In this document: piece after piece, positions 47,230 through 59,100 of the stretch
Position numbering within the stretch: position 1 is the first letter of the stretch
How the letters are laid out: every line of letters starts with the position of its first letter
NCBI GenBank assembly: GCA_003344405.1
Contig: NOWV01000158.1
Coordinates: forward strand, 1-64,000
Direction of reading: 5' to 3'
DNA: 64,000 nt
From: Trichoplax sp. H2
Lineage: Eukaryota
The notes under the pieces: generated by a model
What the model was told of the DNA's origin: nothing
Database searches by the model: none
What the model saw: the letters and a program-made list of their open reading frames with translations, nothing else
Program-made: the position numbers and the translations under genes

Positions 47230-48400
47230 CCGGTAGGCAACTGCAAAATCTCGGCTCCCAAGCTATGCCTTCCGCATGTAAAATGATATCCAACAATGTT
47301 GGTGTGGTAGTCCCTTTGGTGAGGAAGACGTTGTAGGCTGTAGCAACTTTTTCTTCTGTCTTTGTCCTTCTGAAATGGAGAGATACCGGACAACATTTCT
47401 GTTGATTTTAGTCATGCTCAGTTGGACTGTAGATTGTAAGCTACAAATAGACCTACACCAGTTGTGAACGGACCGGAACGGAACGGTGCTTCGGTTACTG
47501 GTACTCTGGTGCTCTTGTTGTACAGTACAGTATATACTGTACAGTACAATGTACTGTACTGTACAGTACGGCATTACTGTTGTGTACCGCAAAATACGGT
47601 ACAGTACCAGTACAGGACAGGACAGGATGGACTGGACACTTTCGTCTTGTTTGACACGGATACTGTAGATATCTCATTTTGGTTGCTGCAACCGCAGACT
47701 CACCTTGTAGAATAAAATGAAATATGAATTTTTCATCTATTCATTAATTAATGATCAATTGATTTCTCAGAAAAATGGATGTATCATAGTAAAAGATTAA
47801 GTTTGTCAATGGATATAAAATCAATTCAATCTAGGATGTGCTAAAAATCAAGCTTTGCTTGCAGCTGCTTTGCAGCCCGTGCTAAAGGTAATGCTTACAG
47901 TACTTTACTGCGTTACCGTAAGCCATTCTGAGTCTACTAGAGAAAATTCTTGTCAATTCCTTAGCATAACTTGCATAACTGTAAAATGGGAAGAAAAAAA
48001 AAATTGGACGCCAGTCACATGGCGACTCTGTACGAGGAAATGTCTGTCAGTACTGTCAGTCTGTCTCTGATCAGATTGCAGTACAGTACTGTACTATAAA
48101 TGTAATGATTGTCAGCTCGTACTGGACCATCGTTGGGGGGACCGGGACCAGTACGGTATGAGACTAAAAACCTTTCTGTTTTCTACAGTCTACAGTCTAC
48201 AGTCTACAGTACAGCGCTTCAACAGACCCAAGCACTGTACACACTGCAAAGATACGCACGCGTCTAGAGACCCCAAAGAAAACCGTATCACAAGTCCGGC
48301 CGGACTAGGAAAGCGTCGTAGTAAAAGACTTGACGATATAAACAGATCCACAGTTTCGACACTATTCGTGGCTAGCAGTGACCATCAGAGAGAAATCATC
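47230..48400. promoter_or_regulatory. Putative bidirectional promoter between Mi-2/CHD (-) and SSR3 (+)
   Basis: Divergent start codons ~1.17 kb apart. CAGTA palindrome clusters at ~47520-47615 and ~48080-48245, and TATAAA at 48095-48100. Confidence 0.55.
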
Positions 48401-50629
48401 ATGCCGGCTTCAAAGTCTCGTAAAAGTGAAGACGACTTGCTATTGCAAGATTTTAGCAAAAATGTTACCACTGCTTCTTCAGTCATTTTTTACATCAACG
48501 CCTTGTTGGTTTCTGTGGTGCCGATATGTAAGTTAATCAATGCTTTTCATTGAGTATACACCTGTTTGTTTGACAGTCGTAGAGGAAAGTATCTGAAAGC
48601 AACATTTTCTATCACGGATGCACGGTACACGTTGGGTGGATTGCTTCCCATTTTATGATGATATGTTCTGTCCTTATTGTCGTCATATTGGTCCGAGATC
48701 ATTTTACCGATGTCTAAATAATTGATATCACTCGCCATACATTTTCTCCTACCTAACTTACACTTCACTGTAGGCACTTGATTACTTGAAATTTAGTTAC
48801 GGTAGGCTTTGTTCCAACTCCCAACGACGTTACTCTACAGTACTGTAAATGGCGATTCTGCAATTGATGAAACCATCTCAATGTACGTGCTACTTATCCT
48901 TCATATAAAGCATCTAGAAATTTCGGGATCGGAGCCGAAAATGTTCTTTTGAAAGTTGATGGTAATGAAGTTGAAATTAATTTAGGAACCACTACTTTCA
49001 CATACCCTGTCAATGGCTGTCAGGACGGTACTCAATAGCGTGGGTTACAGCCGTGTTGCTGTCTTGTACAGTACAGTACAGTGAGCGCACAACAGCGCTT
49101 CTGTACAATACAGTACAGTAAAGTGGCTTGCTTTTCCTTGCTTAGTACGTGAGGCATTTTAGACTTGTTGGCGCAGGTTTCATTTAGCTTATTGTATGAT
49201 GGACTAGAATAATTCAATCTGTCCATATTCTTATCCTTTACTTCAAACATTATTGATTTGTATCTATTACTAGAAAAGGATGACAAAAAAGAGACTGGAG
49301 ATGAACATTTTCATTGTGTACTCAGTATAACATTATTGATCCTACGCCATTGCATGTAAAGTTAATAACATTGTCATCTTTACAGATCACTGTAGTGAGC
49401 TCTTGATAGGCGTAAATATACGCTCATACAAGTATATAAATTAAGAATAAACTTCACTTTTGGTATCCGTAAAGCTTGGCAAGTTGTTGCCATTCTTTAT
49501 GAGTCTACATTACAGTAGTAATACTTGGTTCCGCGATGTCGCCTGTATTTTTTGACCAGCTAGCTTTGAAGCATACTTGCATATGCACACACACATTGAT
49601 GATAGAGCTTACGTCGGCTACTCGATTACATTATGCATCTAGTCACTAAAAGTTTCTTAAAATTCTTCAACTATAGGGGTCTTTTGGAGAATCCATCAGT
49701 TAGATCCAAGATCTGCGGTGATTATCTATGTTCTAGGCGCAGCAGTCAGCACTTATATGGTGGCTTTTGCTTACAAGAACGTTAAATTCAATTTGAAACA
49801 CAAGTATGAATATTATTTCATCAAGTTTGCGTTTAAATCGTAAAATATGGTATCGACTGCAAGTTACTATCTATTTGGTTTTGAATTTCATAAGTTTATA
49901 GCTGCTATCTGCACTATACCATAGTCAATGTTTTTGAATACAAATCTATTTAATTTAATATAATGCTGTAGTAGGGGTTTCTAAGAGAAAAACTCCCAAA
50001 ATCCCTGGCTGTAGTAATTTAGACGACTTTATTTCTTGATAGAATCGCTGTTAGTCGCGACGAAGGTGTAACAAGAGAAGTAAGCAATCAACTCAACAAT
50101 TCTGCCAATGGGAAAAAGATCAATAAGAAGGAAAGAGATGAGAGGTTAGTTCTGCATTAGCGTTTCGCCTACCTTTCCTTAGTATAATTGTTTGGTGGCT
50201 TAAATATGAGATATCAGTGAATAATTTTCATATGAGCTTTTGCGTTACTGAAGAGTCGTTTCGGAATTTAGAAAGCATCATTAAATTTTTCAGAGTTTTA
50301 TGGAAGAAGAATCAAGTTGCCGATTATGAAGCCACGGCCTTTTCCATCTTTTACAACAATGTACTTTACATGCTACTTTTGATTGGAGCTTCCTTCTACA
50401 TTTTACGAAATTTCAGCCCTCAATCGTATCCTTTCATATAGTAATTTAATCAATTGTAAGGGTATGGGTTTGTTTATTACTCTATTCGATAGTAGTATAG
50501 AAATTTTATGTACAGCGTTTATATTTTCGATTAAGTACAATACTTATTCCTTAACGTTATTTTAGCAATTATATTTTATCCACTGCTGTTGCTGCTGGTC
50601 TTGTCGCTCTTTTCTCAACTGGCTCTTAA
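48401..50629 (+). CDS. SSR3: Translocon-associated protein subunit gamma (TRAP-gamma), 5 exons
   Basis: Exons 48401-48527, 49677-49803, 50043-50143, 50294-50425 and 50566-50629: [22 protein letters not shown]...[27 protein letters not shown]...[29 protein letters not shown]...[20 protein letters not shown]. Confidence 0.96.
50426..50565 (+). other. U12-type (minor spliceosome) GT-AG intron, SSR3 intron 4
   Basis: 5' splice site GTATCCTTT and perfect branch sequence TTCCTTAAC at 50547-50555, 10 nt before the 3' end. Frame-consistent. Confidence 0.93.
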
Positions 50630-51878
50630 ATTTTAAATTTAAATTTTCAATTTGCTTTATGCAATTGATAAATATGATTGTTCGAATTTATAAATGAGAC
50701 GATACCATTAAATCTTGGAATGTTGTTCTCATACATTATTGCTTCTCTTCACTGGTGTTGCTCTATTTATTTCACAGACTACAGCCGTTGTTTACTATTC
50801 ACGAAAGTTAAGGATGTTACTAACCACTGTAGCTGTTCCTAGAGTTAGGACTGTAATAATGACTGTTAACGGCTTGACATAGTGGTAAAGTATTCTTAGT
50901 TTATGACTGAGTTTTTACATTTAGTAAGATAGAACTAGTGCTCTATTAGGGTCCTAACTTGAGTTAAAAAATTCAGTTCGTGTAACCGGAGATTATTGTA
51001 CTATAGAACCGTAGTTTTTGGTACAGTAAAAATTGCTATAATTATATTATTTAGTCTAATAACACTGCTTAACTAGGTATAGGTTCCTGTGCATAACGAA
51101 AATTGAAAGTAGAAACAGACAGAAACGAAATGATTTCTATTAGATTTCCTTTAGGTGTACTGTATTAGGTTCGATCGACGATATACCGGCAGTTAGGAAA
51201 TAGGCGTACCGAAGAAAATATTTCATTTCCGTGTTGTGTTTAATTAAGTTGGTCAAGAACAACGAATGTCAGTGATTTCTTAACTTTCTATCATTGAGTT
51301 TATTTAGAGTAGTATTTATAATTTATGCATGATATCCTCCACTCATCGTATTACGCATATGTGCATAATTTTAAGGCTACACCATATGAATACATGAATG
51401 CCTTTGATTTCGGTTTATAAGAATTTATAAAGTTATCTTAGTTATGAGACGTAAAATCGTTTAATGCGTCATACCGAGTAGAAGAAATCGCAGAGAGTAA
51501 TAATGCAAAACTACTAACCAAGAACGCTGTTAAATCTCTCGCAAGAAGCGTGCGAAATAACTATTCTTAATACGTCATTAATAAACCACGGAAAGAATAA
51601 TTTTCAAGTGTTTGGCATCCATATACGTTTTCTACCATACACTGTCATTGTTCCATTTCTGTAGGCTTACTCTTAACGCCAGTCATACATACAGAAGGGT
51701 ATTACGCCTCTTATTTATTGTAAGGATTATGTTGCAGTCCTAAAGTGCACATAAATATAGCATACGAGTATATGATAATCACCATCGGTAGGAAGCGAAA
51801 ATTGTTTACACATTTCATATATCCAGAATATGTTGTTACCTCCAACGAATACATCAATGGCTTAGGGACAGTACTGAG

Positions 51879-54546
51879 CTAGTAAGAGCAGAAAGATCGC
51901 GAAGATCTATTTTCTAATTGTGCAGATAATTTATCCAGGATACTTGACGATAAGTCGTAAAGTTTGGGATTTAAACTAATAGCTGTCTTGAGTTCTTCAG
52001 TTGATAAGTAGTTACCACACACAGCATTTAATTTAGCAACAAGTGGCGAGGAAATTATGTCTTGATCAGATAATTTAAGCAGCTTTGAAAGGTCACGATT
52101 TTGTCTGAAGAGATATTTTTGATGGTAGCTAAAAATGATAATAATAAAGCGAAAACTGAGGATATAGCGTAATTTCTAATATTTGTGCTTAAGTGACATG
52201 CATAACTATAAATAGAATGTACAGACTCTATTACATAATTAATATGATTACAGCAAGTAAAGATACAGTACATGCCTACCAGTTACTTTTTTGTCACAGT
52301 ACTGTAGTCGTAATGAAATAAATTAATCTTCATTGATTCAAGCCATTCAAATGGGTGTTCAATTTTACTGTTTACTGCACTGATGAACTGTAATGTACTA
52401 CCTATTACTTATCCACCAGTAATCAAAATTATATTTACTACGAGTATTATCTTAATTGAAAGTTAATAAGCGTATAATAATTTTTAACTCGACGTACAAT
52501 ATACTCGCGATATATCGTATGTGAGGATTTCCAGCATCTCATAAATACTCACTAACATTACAGCAGACAGTACACGGTACGGTATAAAGTTACTGAACCT
52601 CTGTTAAATGAGCACATTATCGTAAACCGTCAGTAAAGCGACGGGAGCTTGCACTAAAATTATATATAAATATATATATTATACAGTATGAATGAGTGAG
52701 TAAGAGTGTTCCACATAGCTAAAAATGGAGAGTTACTGTAAGATTAGAGAAATGCGGTATGTATATCAGTATATGTCATACACTCTACTACTACACAGTA
52801 CACGGTATAAAGTTNNNNNNNNNNNNNNNNNNNNGTACTACCTATTACTTATCCACCAGTAATCAAAATTATATTTACTACGAGTATTATCTTAATTGAA
52901 AGTTAATAAGCGTATAATAATTTTTAACTCGACGTACAATATACTCGCGATATATCGTATGTGAGGATTTCCAGCATCTCATAAATACTCACTAACATTA
53001 GCAGTATGTCAGAATCCGACAGAAATACTGCACTATGATAACACTTATTACTTAACTACTCAAATGTTACTGAAATTCAATCTAACTATGATATTGACTA
53101 GCGATCGCCGATATTCAGTAGTGACGACTGATTCAGTGATAGCCGTAATCTTATTCACTTCAGATATGGAATTTCGGACTAATAGTTTAATGCTGCAGCT
53201 AAAACTCTCTAACATTTTTTGTTTCTTTTGCTGGTCAACTTATGACAAATGATTCATATTTGACAGACTGTAGAGAATACACACTTGCAGTAATACAGTA
53301 CATACTTCTCTGCAAGGAAAAATTTGCCAGCAGGTTGTATTACGGTGACAATTTTGCGGTAGACATGTTTTTGGCGGTCAGCCATTGATCGCTTTGCTGC
53401 TGCTTCTTGCTTAGCATCATGATAAAATATTGCGGACATATACTGATTGCTTCTCTTGCTGGTGGGATTGTGGGATGTCCAAAACTTTGTCAGTAATTCT
53501 TCGTATGAGATAACATTAGGATCATATTCAATTTGGATGGTCTCGGTATGATCGCCCCTAATCATGCAATATCAGCGTATACAAAATAGCTTCAGCATCA
53601 AGTTACAAGCGACAACAAGCCACATATAAGTATAGACAGAATATCATTCAATTATTGAAATTGTACATGTTACAAACTGCAACGGTTATCTTAAAATATA
53701 GGACTAAGGCCTACCCACAGAATACTCGTACATTATACCATAGACTACTTTTGTTATGCTGTACGTATATTCTCGTATATGTTATATCGATAACAATATA
53801 CAGTACACATAGCGAAAGCTAAAATATTCTCAGTTATGTCGTAGACTGAGTTCGATAAACCGATACGAAATCTAGTCTACTGTACGACTTGGTCTGATAT
53901 GATCTGAATCGATGGCTGACCTTATTTGTAAATAGCAGAGTCGAACTACTACTGTACGAAATAGAATACTCGGTCGATATGTACATGAAAAAGGAGAGGG
54001 TCATAACTATAATTAATTCACCGAAAACTCAGCACATTTCGTGCAACGCTTTACCAGTACAGTACTGTACAGTATAGCACTCGGACCCAAGGGCGTGTTG
54101 ATTAGAGCTGGAGATAAGTGTATAACGCACTTTCCATTACTATTCCCTTTACGAATGAATAATTTAAACGAAAAGTATCATAGGTAATGAAGAATGTTTC
54201 ATACAATTCTGCATTAAATGGCCGCTTCTTTTTAATCCTATGAAAATGGGTTTAAATCAAGTATGATTACTGTATGAATCATCACAATAACAGCAGCGAA
54301 TTTAATGTACGAGTATTTCGCCGGTAACTTTTCTTGATGCTATCATGATTCCAATAATATTGATTGTACAGTATTTAGTGTACTTTGCTGCAATTATCCT
54401 TACAAATTGTAATAAGTTGGATTTAAGGTCTTGCCCCCAGCAAATCCAACTTTAGTCCTGATGACGCCATTAAGAGCGGCGAACTGGGCTTCGGGAAACC
54501 AAAATCAGCTTAATGCGAGGGTTGCTTTAGCGTAAGTCGATGCCAT
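51879..54546 (-). CDS. MSRA: Peptide methionine sulfoxide reductase A, predicted selenoprotein (Sec at residue 14), 214 aa
   Basis: Exons 54546-54404, 53557-53306 and 52128-51879: MASTYAKATLALS(TGA)FWFPEAQFAALNGVIRTKVGFAGGKTLNPTYYNL|GDHTETIQIEYDP...QYMSAIFYH...FFLAEN|YHQKYL...FCSY*. The TGA (plus-strand tca, 54505-54507) aligns to the Cys of the GCFW active-site motif. Confidence 0.93.
52395..53000. other. Assembly gap (20 N, 52815-52834) with a ~166-bp exact direct duplication
   Basis: 52395-52560 is repeated at 52835-53000, immediately after the N run, inside MsrA intron 2. Confidence 0.9.
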
Positions 54547-56134
54547 TTTATTTATTTATTATTACGTTTTAGACGGTGTACTGGCCTATATGTAGTACTG
54601 TATAATGTGTGACATATTGTATACTGTATATGGCATATACATTATACAGTACTACTGTTGCTGAGCATGCGTAAGTCTGTTGCACTGTGTTGTGTGTACT
54701 GTACAGTACAGTATATTGTAGAATTGGAGCTTTTATACTGTAGGGTGTAGCGGATACGGCAGCCCCTTCATGTACATGTATTACTCGGTGTTACTGTACC
54801 CTACTGTACAGTATACAGTCTGTACTGTAGTAACTGTGCCATGACTGCTGATGGGTGCTCCGTGCCGTACACTGTTACAACGTCAATCTTCGGCCCGCCC
54901 CGGTCTGGCTCGGTCTGGCCCGAACTGGCCAGGACTGGCCTATAGTTAGTGCACAGCTTGACGCAGTAAAACTGCTTTCCTATACAACTACTGTACTGTA
55001 CAGTATTTTACAGTATTTGGAAAGAAGAATGGCACCGTGCCAGGTACAATAGCACCGCGCCAGGTAGGTTGGTTGTTGTCGGTCTGTTTATGATGAGTCA
55101 CACCTTACAGTACTGTACAGTATCATAAAGATCAGAGTGTACAGTCCACTGTCAATAGCCAGCAATGCATGGCTGGTGTAGTAAAATAAAACTGCAAATT
55201 AATTAATTTTTGCATGTAGCAGATTGATCTACACTACAGTACACAGTCTACAGTACTAGTGATTGATTAATTCACTTCGCGACATTGGCTCCATTCAAAT
55301 TCGTTGCTGTCGCTGTGGCGTCGTGCCAACCAGTGCAACAGGAAGTCAGTACTGTAGAGCACTAACGTACTGTAATCATGCCAACGGGAGAGAGATTTAC
55401 ATGAAGTGAACTCAATTGTTCATTATTAAATAAATAAACTGAAATTAAATTTAAATTAGGGGGGATATCTCTGATATATTATTATTCGGTCCAATAGTCC
55501 TTCAGACAGGACTAACAAGACTCCTCCCGTTTTTACTCCGTCATTGTGACATAGTCATATCGTGAGATCTTGGCTATTGTCAAACAGACAGGTAGAAAAA
55601 CCTCTGGTAGATACTGTTCAAACTCCCTCTTTTATTAGGGTCCGGGGCAAAGTGGGCCAGTTTTACTTGTCATGTACTGTACACTGTACAGTACAGTAAG
55701 CTACCCCGCGCAGTACTGTATATGTAGTACCAAACTGCACAATGTACAGTACTAGCAGTAACGTACAGTACTGTACTGTACTGTACAATGTCTGGAATTT
55801 CAAAATTGTTTAGTTACCCTGCTAGTGCAGTCGAACGATACTGCGCTGCGCACGAGCACTACATGACGTCACTTTCAGCTTTCTACAAGGGTTGTAAGAT
55901 TCTGCGTTTCTCTCATCCTTTACATTGGGACTCGCAAGGTTAGCCATATTGAACATCACTATGTTATCCGCGTAGAATCATATGTGATCGATCATCTAAT
56001 TCACTAAAAGTTCAATTCTTTCAGTTCCAAGACATCTAAATTATGTATTTTTAAGATATATTGGTTCTCATTGCTAATAGGGTCCGAGGATTAATCGATA
56101 GTATTTTAATCTTGGATTGCCTTTCAAGTCAGTA
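54547..56134. promoter_or_regulatory. Putative bidirectional promoter / 5'UTR region between MsrA (-) and eIF4G (+)
   Basis: Divergent genes. CAGTA palindrome clusters at ~54590-54830, ~54985-55260 and ~55670-55790. GC-rich patch with a GC box at ~54891-54940, ETS-like CAGGAAGT at ~55339, and a perfect CRE TGACGTCA at 55864-55871. Confidence 0.55.
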
Positions 56135-59100
56135 ATGACTACTCCGAGTTTCAGCCAATATAGTCAGAAAAATAAACCAGCCCGAGGAAGTCAATCGTAT
56201 CTTTTTTTTTACAATAGTACTGTGTAATATTAATTTAGGATCTGCTTATTCGTAGTATTTCTGTAACATTATGCTATATCATTTGGTCATGTACTAATTA
56301 TACCTTAAAGCCATTTCACAGACATGTCCTATAGTAGCATGTCGTGCACTCAATATAGAATCTGCCTTCAACTATGGGTGTAATTTAATAACTAGAATAT
56401 TGGTACTGATTTCTTTTTACGCCTTCACAGCGGACTGTACTTAGCTATACAGTCTTATTGATCATCTCTATCTAGTTAAAATATTTATAGATTGATACTA
56501 CAGTGAAGTTTTCAATAGCTCTATGCTACGACGTAGATTTTAGGCCGCATAAGCTTACCTATGAAAATACAATGCACCGGTGTAGTTTCACGACAAGTTA
56601 CTTCGTTTAGTATGGCGTAGGATATTCATTGAATTAACCGGCCATTGTCATGAAATGTGCTTTAATTGATTCGAAATTTAAGATCGTTGTCGTCTACCTT
56701 GTTTTATTAAAATAGTTTCGTTATTCTGCCTTAACTAAAATTTTATTCGACATTGTCAAAGTGGGGCTCCACACTATCCAAGTAAGTTCAACTTGAAAAC
56801 TTTTTTTACTTGAAATCGGTAGAAAAAAGCTTTTTTCCTCGGATCGATTCTTGTTTGTTAAATAATTACAGTGGAATACAATTGATGATGACTTCTTTCT
56901 ATACGTATCGTAGTAAAATTTATGTTAGGAACGATATCTGTTAATAGACATCCATAGTTAATACTAGTAGTAAAATTGCTTCCTTTACCTCATAGTTATA
57001 AGCCATTAACGTCTTATTTATCAATCTTCTTACTATCAAGTCGTAATCAAAAGTTTAAAGTCTACTATAACATTGATTATAATTGTTGTCGTTGATTTCT
57101 TTCACGATGTACAAGTACTGTACATCGTGGTTGATAAATATCCGCCATAACAGTTTTCGTGCAGTAGTCATGCATTTCAAGGGGTACATATGCACCTGGG
57201 CATGTTTTATGAATTTGTTCTTATACTTTTTTTCACCTGACTACTCTAGAAACACAATTTACACAATTTTTAATTGATCCGTTTCTACTATTCTAGGACG
57301 TGATGACCACAGTAATTCACATAGAAGACCATATGACCAGCAACGTGTAAGTTTGATTGGTTTTATCTGCATGCCTGATCACCAATCAGCAGGATGATAA
57401 AGTTACAGCATGTACTACATTATCTAGACGGATTAATTAATCATCCGCTTTGCATTTTTTTTCTATATTTGAAAAATTGCATCAGTAACTTGATCAGCTA
57501 TTATTTGCTAAGCTGTATAATTTGATGTCGGTTATCAAAATTGTCGAATATTTCATGTAATAACTTCACAATTCTTTGCTGATATATTCAGATGTCCCAG
57601 CAGCCCTATATGCCTACCGGTAATACTCAGCATGGCTCTGGTGCTTATAAACTACAAAATCGCGGGCAATTAATGACAACTAGTCGATCCGCTGAAATGC
57701 CTCGCTATCCGCCTGCTGGGGTTTTGTATTCATTTCCACAGCAGTCTGTTCAGTCACCTTACCCAGCGTATGACAACAACAACATGGTACGTTATAGACG
57801 TGTGCTTTAGTAACAGTTTTTTTAAGTGAATGTTACATGTAGTCAGTAAAAATGTATCAAACTTCATCAATGCAATAGCGGAAATATTACAATCGATCAA
57901 TACTTTAATATTGTAGGGAAAAATACCGTATAGAGGAAGTATGTTTTATATTTCTTTGAATTTTGTCAGTTATTAAGTGTGCTTGATGACTAAATGATCT
58001 TACTTAAGTTTACGGAGCTATATTGTAAACTTTAGCACAGAATTACGAACAAAAAATGCATTAATGAACCACCTTAAGTATGGCTGTACAAAATTAGGCT
58101 ATAAACTATATTCTTACTTTTTTAATGATATATTAGGTAATGCAAAATAGGCCGGCCTATGGACATCAAAATTTTAACCTTATGAACACTTATGTTGGTA
58201 ATCAAGGTATGAGCAACCCTGGGTACAACACGCAAATGAACGTCGCTATGTCGCAGCCTGCAAATATGGCCTTCGCGACGATGCATGATCGCTCTAGTAT
58301 ACAAAATAGAACCACACCAGTTCAAACTATGCCTCATCAAGCGGAATCACAAAATATGAATAATCCAATGAAGGCACCACCAAAGAAAAAGAAAAGCCAT
58401 GCCTTAACTATTGTCGATCCTAACACTAAGGAAGCTGTGAATGTAAATGATACTACTCAATCGAACAATTTCGATAGTAACATCGAACGTTCTATTATGC
58501 ATACGAAGCAAGCCGATAATAATGATCGCCGAAGCTATCAATCAAAAGCAAAAGGCTCGATAAATGATAGTCATGATGTTATTTCTAATAGTACCACAGC
58601 TTCCAACAAAGAAGTGTCCAAAACAGAACAAGACAAAGAAATACAACCTCAGAAGTCAATTAAAAGTAGTGACGACAGTAGTGCAAATGCTGATGAACTA
58701 CCAACGACGTCAGAAAGTGGCAAAGTGCCTGTGCCTAAAACTGAAATAGAGGATGACGCTACAAAAGTTGAACCTAACGATAGTTCCAATTTAGATAATA
58801 TAATTGATCAACCAAATATGGCATCAGATAATTACGAAAATGAAGTAGTGAAAGTTGATCTGAAAGATGTAACTGACGGGATTAGCGAGATGCAGGTAGA
58901 CAATACTGATGATAAGAAAGCTGAGTTGATTGAAGAAGTTGTTGTAAGCAACGATTCATCAGGTGAGATTGTACTTATTACGAAGAAGGGTAAATGAATG
59001 GCATATATTAATAAATCAAATGTTACGTAGCACCTGCAGAAGACGGAAGTAAGAACGCTCAAGCGGTTGTAGAGGAAGAGCAAAAACCGAAGCCCTCTAA

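Noticed and set aside
51610-51700. ATGA-containing hairpins closer to the MsrA stop as SECIS
   Set aside because: The AA-to-GA spacing is too short or the 3' GA of the core is missing, so they do not fit the canonical SECIS geometry by eye.
52395-53000. 166-bp direct repeat as a biological element
   Set aside because: The second copy is identical and abuts the N gap, so it is most likely a contig-overlap or haplotype assembly artefact.
54505-54507. MsrA as a nonsense pseudogene
   Set aside because: The only stop is a TGA exactly at the catalytic Cys. All other motifs and splice sites are intact.
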